DNA of 64,000 nt, taken from positions 960,001-1,024,000 of the forward strand of contig CAVUDW010000003.1 of assembly GCA_963740355.1 (NCBI GenBank). Direction: 5' to 3'. How positions within the stretch are numbered: position 1 is the stretch's first letter; every line of letters starts with the position of its first letter. Of the stretch, positions 50,707 to 61,866 are shown piece after piece. A program made the position numbers and the translations under genes. The DNA comes from an uncultured Gemmatimonadaceae bacterium. GTDB lineage: Bacteria; Gemmatimonadota; Gemmatimonadetes; Gemmatimonadales; Gemmatimonadaceae. The notes under the pieces are model-generated. The model was given only the letters and a program-made list of their open reading frames with translations, had not been told where the DNA came from and made no database searches.

Positions 50707-52625
50707 GGACGTGTGCCGCCGGCGGTCAGGGTGCGGAACCAGGCCTCGAGCCCTTCCACGATCGCCAGCGCGTAGGCCTCCTGAAACTCTGGCGTACGCA
50801 ACGCCGCCTCCTGCTCCGGCACGATCACGTACGCCCCTTCCACCAGCACACTCGGCATCCACGCACCGCGCACCACTGCAAGGTTGTCGAACCAGGTGCC
50901 TTCGTCACTCAGGCCCAGTCGCGGCACGAGTCGCGACTGAATCGCGCGTGCCAGGCCAGCACTCTGCGGCTGGAAGTAGTACGTGCCGCTGCCGTTGTTC
51001 AGGTACGGATTCACGCCATCCGGCTTGGCGTTGAGATGGATCGAGACGAATGCCTGCGCATCGGCGCGACGCGCCATCGCCGGTCGATCACCAAGTGGCA
51101 CCGGCGCGGCAGTGGTGCGTGTCATGATGGGAATCGCGCCACGCGCCGTGAGCAGTCGCTGCACCCGTTCACCGATCGCCAGCGTGGCCACCGCCTCGTA
51201 CAGCCCCGTAGGACCGGTGCTGCCGATCGGCGGATGGCCTGGATCGACGGCGATCCGCAGTCCCCGCAAGGGATTGGTGGCGTCGATCACCGGCGGGCGG
51301 CGCATCCGCAGCACGAACGCATCACCACGCCAGAACGCGAGCCAGCCGTACACGTCGCGCTGCAGTTGCACGGTGTAGACGGCGCGATCGTTGGCGTCGT
51401 TCGTCCACTGCACATCGCGCACGAGCGAATCGCCACGCTGGAACCAGATGATGTCTGTGTTGCCCGTCACGCCATGCAGCGTGAGGCGCAGCGTGTGGCC
51501 TTCCACCTCAACGCGATACGCCGGGCGTGCACTCATCGGCAACACGAGGTCGACGAACCCCTCAGACGGCACCAGTCGCGCGTTACTCACCACGCGACGC
51601 GGTGCCACGGTGCCCGCAGGCAGTGCGGTGGCCACATCGGCATCGATCCAGACATCGAGCCCGGCATCCAGTTGCACGCGCATCGCGTCACCCTGCCGAC
51701 CGGTGGCCTGCATCACGGTGCCCGGCACGATGAACCACTTGTAGGTACCGCCCGGAATCGGCCGGGCGATGACCACCGCATCGGTGTCGACGGTCGCGGT
51801 GCCGACGCGAACCAGGCCGAGCGAGTCTCCGTCGGCGACCGGCGGCAGACTGCGCACCGTCGGCACCGAGTCGCCGCGGCCGAACACGTTCAGCGTTCCG
51901 CCGCAGCGGAGCGCGCGCGCCACAATGTCACGCGCGGCAGTCTCGCTGCCCTCGCTGGCCAACAGCGGCTGGGCAACCGGCTGCGGGCCCAACGCGCCCG
52001 GACAGGGCGTCGCCACGAAATCGGCACGAGCCCCCTCTGCCAATCGCGCCGACACACGAATCGGCTCATCACCGCGGAAGGCCAGACCGGCGCGCGGCGT
52101 GACGCTGCTGGTGTCGAGGTAGGGCCGACCACTGGCCACCGCGGATCGCGGCTGCGGAAACCGGATCGGCAACGTCAGCTGCTGTGTCGCCCCGCCGGCC
52201 ACGGTCGCCACGAGGTCGAACTGCGGCCGGCTGCGCGGTGGCATGGCGACCCACGCGAGGAATGCACCATTGGGCTTCACCGCGACCGGCGCGCCGTTGA
52301 TGGTCAGCGTCGCGCCGCCGTGGTTCACGGTGCCGAGCAGGAAGGTCGAGTCCCGGGCGGCGATCACCGCGTTCGGCGACGGATACTGCACGCGGATGGC
52401 GACCGGCCCCTCGGCGCGCGGAATCGCCGGCCAGACTGGTGCCCCCACTGGCGTTGGCGCCGTAGTCGCCGACACCTTGGGAATGCACGCTGACAGGCCG
52501 AAGACGGCGGTCAGCGACAGGAGCGACGCGAGGCGGCCAGCTGGCGTGCGTGTCGGGCGAAACCCAGACGCGCCAACCGGGCGCACCGCGAAACCGGACC
52601 GAAGCAGGACTCGTAGCATGATCAA
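50703..52625 (-). CDS. N-acetylmuramoyl-L-alanine amidase (Amidase_3), probable lipoprotein
   Basis: IAVDPGH, YE, VSIHLNA, PSVLVE; lipobox LSAC. Confidence 0.9.
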   Translation of the reverse strand: MIMLRVLLRSGFAVRPVGASGFRPTRTPAGRLASLLSLTAVFGLSACIPKVSATTAPTPVGAPVWPAIPRAEGPVAIRVQYPSPNAVIAARDSTFLLGTVNHGGATLTINGAPVAVKPNGAFLAWVAMPPRSRPQFDLVATVAGGATQQLTLPIRFPQPRSAVASGRPYLDTSSVTPRAGLAFRGDEPIRVSARLAEGARADFVATPCPGALGPQPVAQPLLASEGSETAARDIVARALRCGGTLNVFGRGDSVPTVRSLPPVADGDSLGLVRVGTATVDTDAVVIARPIPGGTYKWFIVPGTVMQATGRQGDAMRVQLDAGLDVWIDADVATALPAGTVAPRRVVSNARLVPSEGFVDLVLPMSARPAYRVEVEGHTLRLTLHGVTGNTDIIWFQRGDSLVRDVQWTNDANDRAVYTVQLQRDVYGWLAFWRGDAFVLRMRRPPVIDATNPLRGLRIAVDPGHPPIGSTGPTGLYEAVATLAIGERVQRLLTARGAIPIMTRTTAAPVPLGDRPAMARRADAQAFVSIHLNAKPDGVNPYLNNGSGTYYFQPQSAGLARAIQSRLVPRLGLSDEGTWFDNLAVVRGAWMPSVLVEGAYVIVPEQEAALRTPEFQEAYALAIVEGLEAWFRTLTAGGTRP

Positions 52626-52768
52626 AGGTAGCTCGGCTCGAGCTCCCTCCGATTTGACCGCCTCATGCGCGCCGTCCTAGCTTCTGTGTACGCGCGTGAC
52701 GCCCGGAGGGGGCGAACTCGCGGCAAGTCAGCAGATCTCACCCTCTTCACGCGCCGACAGTGTCAGTC

Positions 52769-53926
52769 ATGAGCCACCCCACGCCGTCCGAGACGCCAAT
52801 ACCACGCCCTGGCGTGCGGCTGCGACTCGCCGGTATGACGGATGTCGGGATCACTCGCGATCACAATGAGGATGCGTTCGCTTTCCTCGATCTCGACACC
52901 GGGCAGACTCATGCGGAAGTTCACAACGGCGTGATCGATGTCGGGATGCGGGGCGTGGTACTGGTGGTGGCGGACGGAATGGGTGGTGCTGCCGCAGGCG
53001 AGATCGCGAGTGAAATGGCGGTCGAGGCGGTGCTGGACACGTTTCGTGCGCAGTGGATGACCAACGTGGGTCGCGACACCGACACCTTCGTCGAGACTAT
53101 TCGCGACGCCGCCGATACGGCGAACCATCGCATCTTCGCCTTCGCCGGCGCACATCCGGAACACGCCGGCATGGGCACCACGGCAACGATTGCGGGCCTG
53201 CTGGGCAATTCGCTCTACCTGGCGCAGGTGGGCGACAGCCGCGCCTACATCGTGCGTGATGGCGTCGCGCAGCAGATCACGAAAGACCAGTCGTTGATGC
53301 AGCAGTTGATCGAGGCGGGCGAAATGACGCCCGATCAGGCCGAGGTGAGTGAGCGTCGCAATATCATCCTGCAAGCGCTCGGCCCCGACAGTACGGTGCG
53401 TCCCGACTTCACGCAGCAGCCGCTGGCCCGTGGCGATACGCTGGTGATGTGCAGCGACGGCTTGACGACACACCTCCGCGCCACCGACATCGCGCGGATC
53501 GTGTCGGCCAGCACCGATCCCGATGATGCCTGCGAGCAGCTGATCGCGGCCGCGAATGCCGAAGGTGGCCACGACAACATCACGGTGGTGGTGGCGCAGT
53601 TCACCGGGGAAGGGTTGCCGGAGCATGACGAGCTGCAGCGCGAGATCGGCCACCAGAGCTACCCACTGCCCGACAGCGGCGTGCCGACCCTCGATCGCAT
53701 GCGTGGTCGGATGCGAAGCGGTGCAGTCCCCGCGGTGACGCGCCCACCGACGCCGGCCCTCGGCGTGCAGAGTGTGTCGCAGCCTGGTGGCGCGGGGGCC
53801 GGTGCCACAGGCCCGACGATCCCTCCCCGTGACCCAGCGAAGGCGTACCTCTACGTCGCAATTTTCGCGATCGTGGTGGTGGTGGCCTGGGCCATCTGGA
53901 AATTCGGGAACTTCGGTTCGCCCTGA
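52769..53926 (+). CDS. PP2C-type Ser/Thr phosphatase with C-terminal TM anchor
   Basis: RDHNED, VADGMGG, GMGTT, VGDSR, CSDGL, GHDNIT. Confidence 0.93.
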   Translation: MSHPTPSETPIPRPGVRLRLAGMTDVGITRDHNEDAFAFLDLDTGQTHAEVHNGVIDVGMRGVVLVVADGMGGAAAGEIASEMAVEAVLDTFRAQWMTNVGRDTDTFVETIRDAADTANHRIFAFAGAHPEHAGMGTTATIAGLLGNSLYLAQVGDSRAYIVRDGVAQQITKDQSLMQQLIEAGEMTPDQAEVSERRNIILQALGPDSTVRPDFTQQPLARGDTLVMCSDGLTTHLRATDIARIVSASTDPDDACEQLIAAANAEGGHDNITVVVAQFTGEGLPEHDELQREIGHQSYPLPDSGVPTLDRMRGRMRSGAVPAVTRPPTPALGVQSVSQPGGAGAGATGPTIPPRDPAKAYLYVAIFAIVVVVAWAIWKFGNFGSP

Positions 53927-53978
53927 TCGTACGGCTTAGCTGCCGACACTTACGTCGGCCGATGCCTGAACCGACTCG

Positions 53979-54812
53979 ATGAAACGCAGGACCTTTCTCC
54001 TTTCCGCAGGCGCCAGCCTGGCGGGGCTCGTCAGCTATGCCCACTGGCTGGAGCCCTTCTGGCTCGACGTCGCGCGGCGGGACATGCTGGTGAAAGGACT
54101 GCCCTCGTCACTCGATGGCCGGACGCTGCTGCAGCTAAGCGACCTGCACATCGGGCCCAACGTGGATCCGGGATATCTGCAGCGTGTGTGGGCCGCCGGC
54201 GCGGCGCTGGAGCCGGACGTCGTGATGTACACCGGCGATTGGGTGACGTGGCGGGGACCGCAGCAGCTGACACAATTGGAGCAGCACCTGCCGCATGTGC
54301 CGCGCGGACGATTGCTCACACTCTCGGTGCTCGGCAATCACGACTACGGTGAACGATGGCGCGACGAGCGGGTCAGCCGCGCCATTTCCGATCGCGTGAC
54401 GCAGGCAGGGATTCGCGTGTTGCACAACGAATCGCTGGACGTGGACGGATTGTTCGTGGCCGGCGTGGATGACTACTGGTCACCGTTTGCGCGCCCCGAG
54501 AAAGCTCTCGCGCGCTGGAAGCCCGGCACGCCGGGTCTCGTGCTGAATCACAACCCGGATTGCATGGACGAACGTGCACGCTGGCACGGCTTCGACGGCT
54601 GGGTGTTGTCAGGTCACACGCACGGTGGTCAGTGTCGCTCACCGTTTCTGACGCCGCCAATCCTGCCGGTGAAGAACAAGCGCTACACGTCGGGCGAGAT
54701 CGCCGTCGGTGACGGCCGTCGTGTGTACATCAGCCGCGGTGTCGGTTTCAACATCCAGATGCGCCTCGACGCGCGCCCGGAAATCACGCTCTTCACCATG
54801 CGTCGCGCCTGA
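53979..54812 (+). CDS. Metallophosphoesterase (YkuE-like, possible Tat export)
   Basis: KRRTFL, SDLH, TGD, GNHD, HNPD, SGHTHGGQ. Confidence 0.93.
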   Translation: MKRRTFLLSAGASLAGLVSYAHWLEPFWLDVARRDMLVKGLPSSLDGRTLLQLSDLHIGPNVDPGYLQRVWAAGAALEPDVVMYTGDWVTWRGPQQLTQLEQHLPHVPRGRLLTLSVLGNHDYGERWRDERVSRAISDRVTQAGIRVLHNESLDVDGLFVAGVDDYWSPFARPEKALARWKPGTPGLVLNHNPDCMDERARWHGFDGWVLSGHTHGGQCRSPFLTPPILPVKNKRYTSGEIAVGDGRRVYISRGVGFNIQMRLDARPEITLFTMRRA

Positions 54813-54849
54813 TTCTCGAGCGTGTCGACCGTGCGTGTCGGCGCGTGAT

Positions 54850-56388
54850 TCAGCCGCGTTGCTTGGCGAGCCAGCGTGCGGCGGCCGACTGCATGCAGGG
54901 ATCACCACTCCACGCCACCAGCAATGGCGCTTCCTCGCCGAAGGCGGAGGCGAGCCGCGGATGCCCGAACCAGATGATCAGTGCATCACGCCCCGCCGCG
55001 CGGGCGTCGGCATAGAGCTGCAACACACCATCGCGCACGGGAGCCGGGACCTCGAGCGAGCCCTTGCCCTGCACCGGCTCACCGAAGGCCGTGATCACGA
55101 CCGTGCCGCGGCTCGGGCCATCGGATCGTTCCGTGACACGGGCATCGATGCTCAGTTGCCGCAGTGTGTTCATCAGCGTGATGCGCGGCGTGCGATAGTC
55201 GCCGTGTGTGTCGCTGTCGAATGAGCAGAGCTCGATCGGCGCACGAATACCACGCGTGAGCGGTCGCACCACCTGCAGCACACGATCCGCGAGGCCGGCG
55301 CACCAGAGCACATCGGTCCCTGAGGGCCGGCGATAGTCGTTCGGTGGCGACACCCACTGCGCCCACTTCAATCGGCGACGCAACGACAGGCGCAACCGAT
55401 CGCGTTCGATGCGACCACCGGCGACTGCCTCTTCCAGCGCGTGTACCGTCTTCTGCAAGTCGCCCGGCGCGAGCACCAGATCGCAACCGGCGAGGATTGC
55501 ACGCACGGCCGCTTCCCCTTCATCGATCCCCTGCAACACGGCCTGCATGTTGATCGAGTCGCCGACGATGAGGTTTTCGTATTCACACCGCTGGCGCAGC
55601 ACCCAGGTCAGGATCTCGCGCGAGAGCGTGGCCGGCATGCCGCTCGGATCGAGCGCCGGATACGCCACATGGGCCGTCATGATCGAGCCGACGCCCGCAT
55701 CGATCGCCGACTTGAATGGCAGCAGGTCGTCCTGCATCAACACCGAGTGCGGGGTGCTGACGACGGGCAGTGTGAGATGCGAGTCTTCCACGGTGCGGCC
55801 ATGCCCGGGGAAGTGCTTGGCACAGGCCAGCACCCCTTCACTCTGGCAGGCGTCGATCCACTCGGCGACGTAGTCACCGACTTCGCTTGGCTGCGAGCCG
55901 AACGAGCGGGTGTTGAGCACGGGATTGACTGGCTCGACGTCGAGGTCGGCCACGGGCGCGTAGTTCCAGTTCACGCCCATCGTCCGCGCTTCGCGCGCCG
56001 TGTGGCGCGCCGCGCGTCGCACTGCATCGCGATCACGGAGAGAGGCGATCGCGGCAGCGGGCGGCAGCCCCGTGGACCCTTCGAATTGCTGGCCGGCGCC
56101 ACGTTCCATGTCGGCGCCGATGAGCAGTGGCGTCTTTGACCGCTGCTGCAGGTCACGCGTCAGTGCGCGCACCGCCTCCGCCGTGCCACCGTAGAGCGTG
56201 AAGCCCCCCACGCCGAGGCGCAGCGCCGCATCGATGTGCGGGCGCGCATCGCCGTAGCCTCGGGCTGCGTCCCAGCGGATCGCCGCAATGCACAACGAGG
56301 CAGCGTCGCTCATGCGGCGCCCGCCACCAGACGGTGGTGGCTCATCATGCGTGCGCCGATCGGGAGTCGGCGGGATACTCGGCGACAT
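54850..56388 (-). CDS. nagZ: GH3 beta-N-acetylhexosaminidase
   Basis: APVADL, KHFPGHGRTVEDSH, IMTAHV; operon context with anmK and murQ. Confidence 0.85.
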   Translation of the reverse strand: MSPSIPPTPDRRTHDEPPPSGGGRRMSDAASLCIAAIRWDAARGYGDARPHIDAALRLGVGGFTLYGGTAEAVRALTRDLQQRSKTPLLIGADMERGAGQQFEGSTGLPPAAAIASLRDRDAVRRAARHTAREARTMGVNWNYAPVADLDVEPVNPVLNTRSFGSQPSEVGDYVAEWIDACQSEGVLACAKHFPGHGRTVEDSHLTLPVVSTPHSVLMQDDLLPFKSAIDAGVGSIMTAHVAYPALDPSGMPATLSREILTWVLRQRCEYENLIVGDSINMQAVLQGIDEGEAAVRAILAGCDLVLAPGDLQKTVHALEEAVAGGRIERDRLRLSLRRRLKWAQWVSPPNDYRRPSGTDVLWCAGLADRVLQVVRPLTRGIRAPIELCSFDSDTHGDYRTPRITLMNTLRQLSIDARVTERSDGPSRGTVVITAFGEPVQGKGSLEVPAPVRDGVLQLYADARAAGRDALIIWFGHPRLASAFGEEAPLLVAWSGDPCMQSAAARWLAKQRG

Positions 56389-56406
56389 TGGAGCGCTCTT
56401 GGCCGG

Positions 56407-57558
56407 TCATGGCAGCGTGCGAGTTCCGAGGATCCGCGGTCCAGCGGCACCCGTCGCCGCCGGGACATTCCCGGGAAGTCCTCGCAAGTGTTGAAGTGCG
56501 ATATACGCGAACGCCACTGCTTCCTTGGCTTCGCCGTCAAAAAAGAGTTCATCGAAGGTACGCACTGTGCGCAATGGCAGGGCCTCACGGATCATGCGGA
56601 CCAACGTGGGATTGCGCGCGCCGCCACCTGAGAGGACCACGTCGTGCAGGTCCGCGCGCACGAACCGGTCGTAGCCCGCGGCCATCGTCCGGGCCGTGAG
56701 AGCTGTTGCCGTGGCGACGATGTCCTGATCCGAAACGTCACCGCCAGCGAGGCGGCAGGCGGCAATGAGGGCGTCGACGAAGGCGGCATCGTACTTCTCA
56801 CGCCCCGTGCTCTTGGGGGGCGGGCGCAGGTACCACTCGTCGGCGAGGAGGGGCGCGAGCACCGCCTCGACCGGCGAGCCGGCGGCCGCCAGCCGTCCAT
56901 CGGCATCGTAATGGCGGGTGGGATCGAGGCTGGCCACGACACGGTCGATCACGCCGCACCCCGGGCCCGTGTCGAACGCCAGCGTCGGCTGGTCGAGCCC
57001 GCGCGGCGGCACCACGGTCACGTTGCCGATGCCACCGAGGTTCTGCAGGGCGCGCCAGCCCTCGGGGGCCGCGAAGAGGTGCAGGTCGGCGAGCGGCACC
57101 AACGGCGCGCCTTGGCCGTGCGCAGCCACGTCGCGGCTCCGGAAGTCGTTGATGACGCGCGTGTTGAGCCGCTCCGCGATGACCGCCGCGTCGCCGATCT
57201 GCCAGGTGGAGTGTCCCGGCTCATGCCAGAGGGTTTGCCCGTGCGAAGCCACCGCGGCGACATCGGCCGCCGTCAGGCCAGCGCGCTGCATGACGAGGGC
57301 GGCTGCGTCGGCCAGCCAGTGTCCGAGGTCGACGTGCAGTCGACAGAAGTCACGGGCGGAGCCCTGCACCATGCCAGCCGCGAGGCGCGCACGCTGCTCC
57401 GCGCTGTACCCAACTGATTCGAATGCCAGCAATTCCGGACGATCGCCATCATCGGTTGGATGAAAACGAACGGCTGCCGCGGCGATGCCATCGAGCGAGG
57501 TGCCAGACATGAGGCCGATCAGGATCGGCGCCGCGGACAGTGGCGCGTCGGTAGGCAT
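56407..57558 (-). CDS. anmK: Anhydro-N-acetylmuramic acid kinase
   Basis: GLMSGTSLDG, SHGQT, DFRSRDVAAHGQGAPLVP, NLGGIGN, KEAVAFA. Confidence 0.96.
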   Translation of the reverse strand: MPTDAPLSAAPILIGLMSGTSLDGIAAAAVRFHPTDDGDRPELLAFESVGYSAEQRARLAAGMVQGSARDFCRLHVDLGHWLADAAALVMQRAGLTAADVAAVASHGQTLWHEPGHSTWQIGDAAVIAERLNTRVINDFRSRDVAAHGQGAPLVPLADLHLFAAPEGWRALQNLGGIGNVTVVPPRGLDQPTLAFDTGPGCGVIDRVVASLDPTRHYDADGRLAAAGSPVEAVLAPLLADEWYLRPPPKSTGREKYDAAFVDALIAACRLAGGDVSDQDIVATATALTARTMAAGYDRFVRADLHDVVLSGGGARNPTLVRMIREALPLRTVRTFDELFFDGEAKEAVAFAYIALQHLRGLPGNVPAATGAAGPRILGTRTLP

Positions 57559-58517
57559 CAGCGCGCCTCCATCTCGGGTGGTGCCGATGCAACCGGCGGC
57601 GGTGCGATGTCGACCGCACGACGAATCACACCGTGTGACGCGTCGAGTGCGGCATCGGCAGCCGCGATGTCGACATGCCGCAGGTGCATGACGATGGCGC
57701 GCTTCACCACGCCACCAGCGCGCTGCAGCAATTCACGCGCGGCAGCGCGATCGAGGCCGCAGATCTCCGCTACGATCCGCTCGCTGCGATCCACCAGTTT
57801 TGCATTGCTGGCGCGCAGATCGACCATCAGGTTGCCGTACGTCTTGCCGATGCGGATCATGGCGCCGGTGCTGATGATGTTGAGCGCCAGCTTGGTTGCG
57901 GTACCGGATTTCATGCGCGTCGACCCCGTGACCACTTCCGGCCCGACCACGATCACGATCGGGATGTCGATGGCATCGACAATCGACGATGGCAGCGGCG
58001 TGCAGGCGATCATGGCGGTGGTCGCACCGACGACCTTGGCGCGGCGCAGCGCACCATGCACGTACGGTGTGCTGCCACTGGCCGCGATCCCAACGAAGAA
58101 GTCATTCGACGCGATGTCGATCGCATCGAGGTCACGTGCGCCCCCGTCCGGACTGTCCTCCGCACCTTCCTGCGCACGCAGGAGCGCCGCGGGCCCGCCA
58201 GCGATGAGACCGACCACCAAGCCAAAATCGGCGCCGAACGTCGGCGGAATTTCGCTCGCGTCGAGCACACCGAGCCGGCCTGATGTGCCCGCTCCAGCGT
58301 AGATGATCCGGCCCCCTGCGCGCAGTGCACGCTCTGCGGCGGCGATCGCCGCGGCGAGGGCTTCACGCTGCAGGCCGACGGCCGGCACCACGCCTGCGTC
58401 CTCTGCTGTGATGATGTCGACGATGTCGAGCGGCGAGGCGAGATCGATGGCGACCGAACGCGGATTGCGCTGTTCGGTGACCCGCGAATCGCGGAACGCG
58501 GGAGTGTCGGCGGTCAC
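57558..58517 (-). CDS. murQ: N-acetylmuramic acid 6-phosphate etherase
   Basis: TEQRNP, GAGTSGRLGVLDASE, GSTRMKSGTATK, GNLMVD. Confidence 0.96.
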   Translation of the reverse strand: MTADTPAFRDSRVTEQRNPRSVAIDLASPLDIVDIITAEDAGVVPAVGLQREALAAAIAAAERALRAGGRIIYAGAGTSGRLGVLDASEIPPTFGADFGLVVGLIAGGPAALLRAQEGAEDSPDGGARDLDAIDIASNDFFVGIAASGSTPYVHGALRRAKVVGATTAMIACTPLPSSIVDAIDIPIVIVVGPEVVTGSTRMKSGTATKLALNIISTGAMIRIGKTYGNLMVDLRASNAKLVDRSERIVAEICGLDRAAARELLQRAGGVVKRAIVMHLRHVDIAAADAALDASHGVIRRAVDIAPPPVASAPPEMEAR

Positions 58518-58703
58518 AGGCGGCGGAAGGGGACAAGGCGGCGAAAACCCGGGATCGACGCGCGCTGTCGGCCTCTCGAGTGCCCGGGTAAGCTTCGGGT
58601 CGGGCAAAGATACTCTGCTATCTGTCCCGACGATGTCGGGATTGTGCTGTGTACCCGCACTATCCGTTCCTCACGCCATCGTCCTTCAACCCTGGTTTCG
58701 CTG

Positions 58704-60509
58704 ATGGCTGCCTCCCGCCTGCTCCGCTCTTCGCCATGGTCGCTCGCGGCCGTGGTGCTTGCCACCGCCTGCCGGTCGCCCCAGCCCGCCGTGCCGACCC
58801 CGACGCCAGCCGCCGTGCCGGTGGCTGCGGCACCCGCCGCCGGGGCACGCGAGGACTCGGTTCGCCGCGATCCCGTGGTCTTTGCCGATGGCTGGCGGTT
58901 CGCGAAGAACCAGCCCGCGACCTTCGCGGAGCACGGCATGGTGAGCAGCAACGCCCCGCTGGCGAGCTCTGCAGGAGCGGAGATCATGAAGCAGGGCGGC
59001 AACGCGGTCGACGCGGCCGTGGCGACGGGTTTTGCGTTGGCCGTCGTCTGGCCCGAGGCCGGCAACATCGGTGGCGGCGGCTACATGGTGATCCAGATGG
59101 CCGACGGGCGTCGCGAAGTGGTGGACTATCGCGAGGTCGCGCCGCTGGCTGGGTCACGCGACATGTACCTCAAGCCGGACGGAACCACCGATGGCAGCAT
59201 CATCGGCTGGCGGTCGAGTGGCGTGCCCGGCGCGGTTGCTGGATTGATTGCAGCGCAGGCGAAGTACGGCAAGCTGACGCGCGCACAGGTCATGGCACCA
59301 GCGATTCGACTGGCGCGTGAAGGATTCGCGGTCGACAGCGGACTGTACACCAGCATTTCCCGGAGCCGCGCGCTGATTGCGCGTTTCGCTGGGAAGGCCG
59401 TGTTCCTCGCGGGTGACAGCGTGCCTGGCATCGGTTCGACGTTCCGTCAGCCGGTGCTCGCGCGCACCCTCGATGCCATCGCACGCGATGGTGCCGATGC
59501 CTACTATCGCGGCTGGATTGCCGACAGCATTGCGGCAGAAGAAAAGCGCGGTGGCGGCATCATCACCAAGGCCGACCTGGCGAAGTACACGCCGCGGTGG
59601 CGCGAGCCGCTGGTCTGGACCTATCGCAACTACACGCTGGTCGGCATGCCGCCGTCATCGTCCGGTGGAGTGACGATGGCCGAGACGATGAACATCGTCG
59701 AGCACGAAACGAAGATGCCCGCCTTTGGCAGTGTGGCCTATGTGCACCTGATGGGCGAGGCATATCAACGCGCGTTCATCGATCGCAACAGCAAGATCGC
59801 TGACCCCGATTTCTATCCGGTGCCGATCGCACAACTGACGAGCAAGGAGTACGCGGGACGACTCTTCAGCCAGATCGATCGCGCGCGTGCCACGCCAACG
59901 CCAGCGGCCACGCAGCAGATGGCGGAAAACATGCACACCACGCACTACTCGGTGGTGGACGGGGATGGCAGCGCGGTTGCCACCACCACCACGCTCAACA
60001 ACTCGTGGGGCAGCGGCGTCTACCTGACGAGCGTAGGGTTCATGATGAACGACCAGATGGACGATTTCGCGGTGCAGCCGGGCAAGCCGAACATGTTCGG
60101 CCTCGTGCAGGGTGAAGCGAACAAGATCGAGCCGGGCAAGCGGATGCTCTCCGCGATGTCGCCCACCGTGGTGCTGGACGCGAATGGCAAGGTGCAGATG
60201 GTGGCCGGCGCCGCTGGCGGCCCGCGCATCATTTCCGCCACCAGTCAGGTGATCCTGAACGTGATCGAATACGGGATGTCGCTGGCCGACGCAATGCGCG
60301 CGCCGCGTATCCACAACCAGGCGCTGCCTGACGAACTCCGACTCGAAACGAACGGATTCCCGGCGACGACGGTCGACTCACTGAAAGCGATGGGCCACGC
60401 GGTCGGCTTCCTTGGCGGCATCGCCAACGTCAACGCCATTCGTCGCGTCCCGGGCGGCTGGCATGGTGTGTCCGAGCCGCGTGCGTTTGGTGCGGCGGTC
60501 GGGTACTGA
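58704..60509 (+). CDS. ggt: Gamma-glutamyltransferase (lipoprotein)
   Basis: GGNAVDAA, GNIGGGG, DYRE, PPSSSGG, HTTHYS, PGKRMLSAMSP. Confidence 0.95.
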   Translation: MAASRLLRSSPWSLAAVVLATACRSPQPAVPTPTPAAVPVAAAPAAGAREDSVRRDPVVFADGWRFAKNQPATFAEHGMVSSNAPLASSAGAEIMKQGGNAVDAAVATGFALAVVWPEAGNIGGGGYMVIQMADGRREVVDYREVAPLAGSRDMYLKPDGTTDGSIIGWRSSGVPGAVAGLIAAQAKYGKLTRAQVMAPAIRLAREGFAVDSGLYTSISRSRALIARFAGKAVFLAGDSVPGIGSTFRQPVLARTLDAIARDGADAYYRGWIADSIAAEEKRGGGIITKADLAKYTPRWREPLVWTYRNYTLVGMPPSSSGGVTMAETMNIVEHETKMPAFGSVAYVHLMGEAYQRAFIDRNSKIADPDFYPVPIAQLTSKEYAGRLFSQIDRARATPTPAATQQMAENMHTTHYSVVDGDGSAVATTTTLNNSWGSGVYLTSVGFMMNDQMDDFAVQPGKPNMFGLVQGEANKIEPGKRMLSAMSPTVVLDANGKVQMVAGAAGGPRIISATSQVILNVIEYGMSLADAMRAPRIHNQALPDELRLETNGFPATTVDSLKAMGHAVGFLGGIANVNAIRRVPGGWHGVSEPRAFGAAVGY

Positions 60510-60542
60510 CAAAAGCGAAACGCAGAGTAGCTGTGTTGAAAG

Positions 60543-61847
<1,305 letters not shown>

Positions 61848-61866
61848 CCCGCCGCGGTAACGCGTA

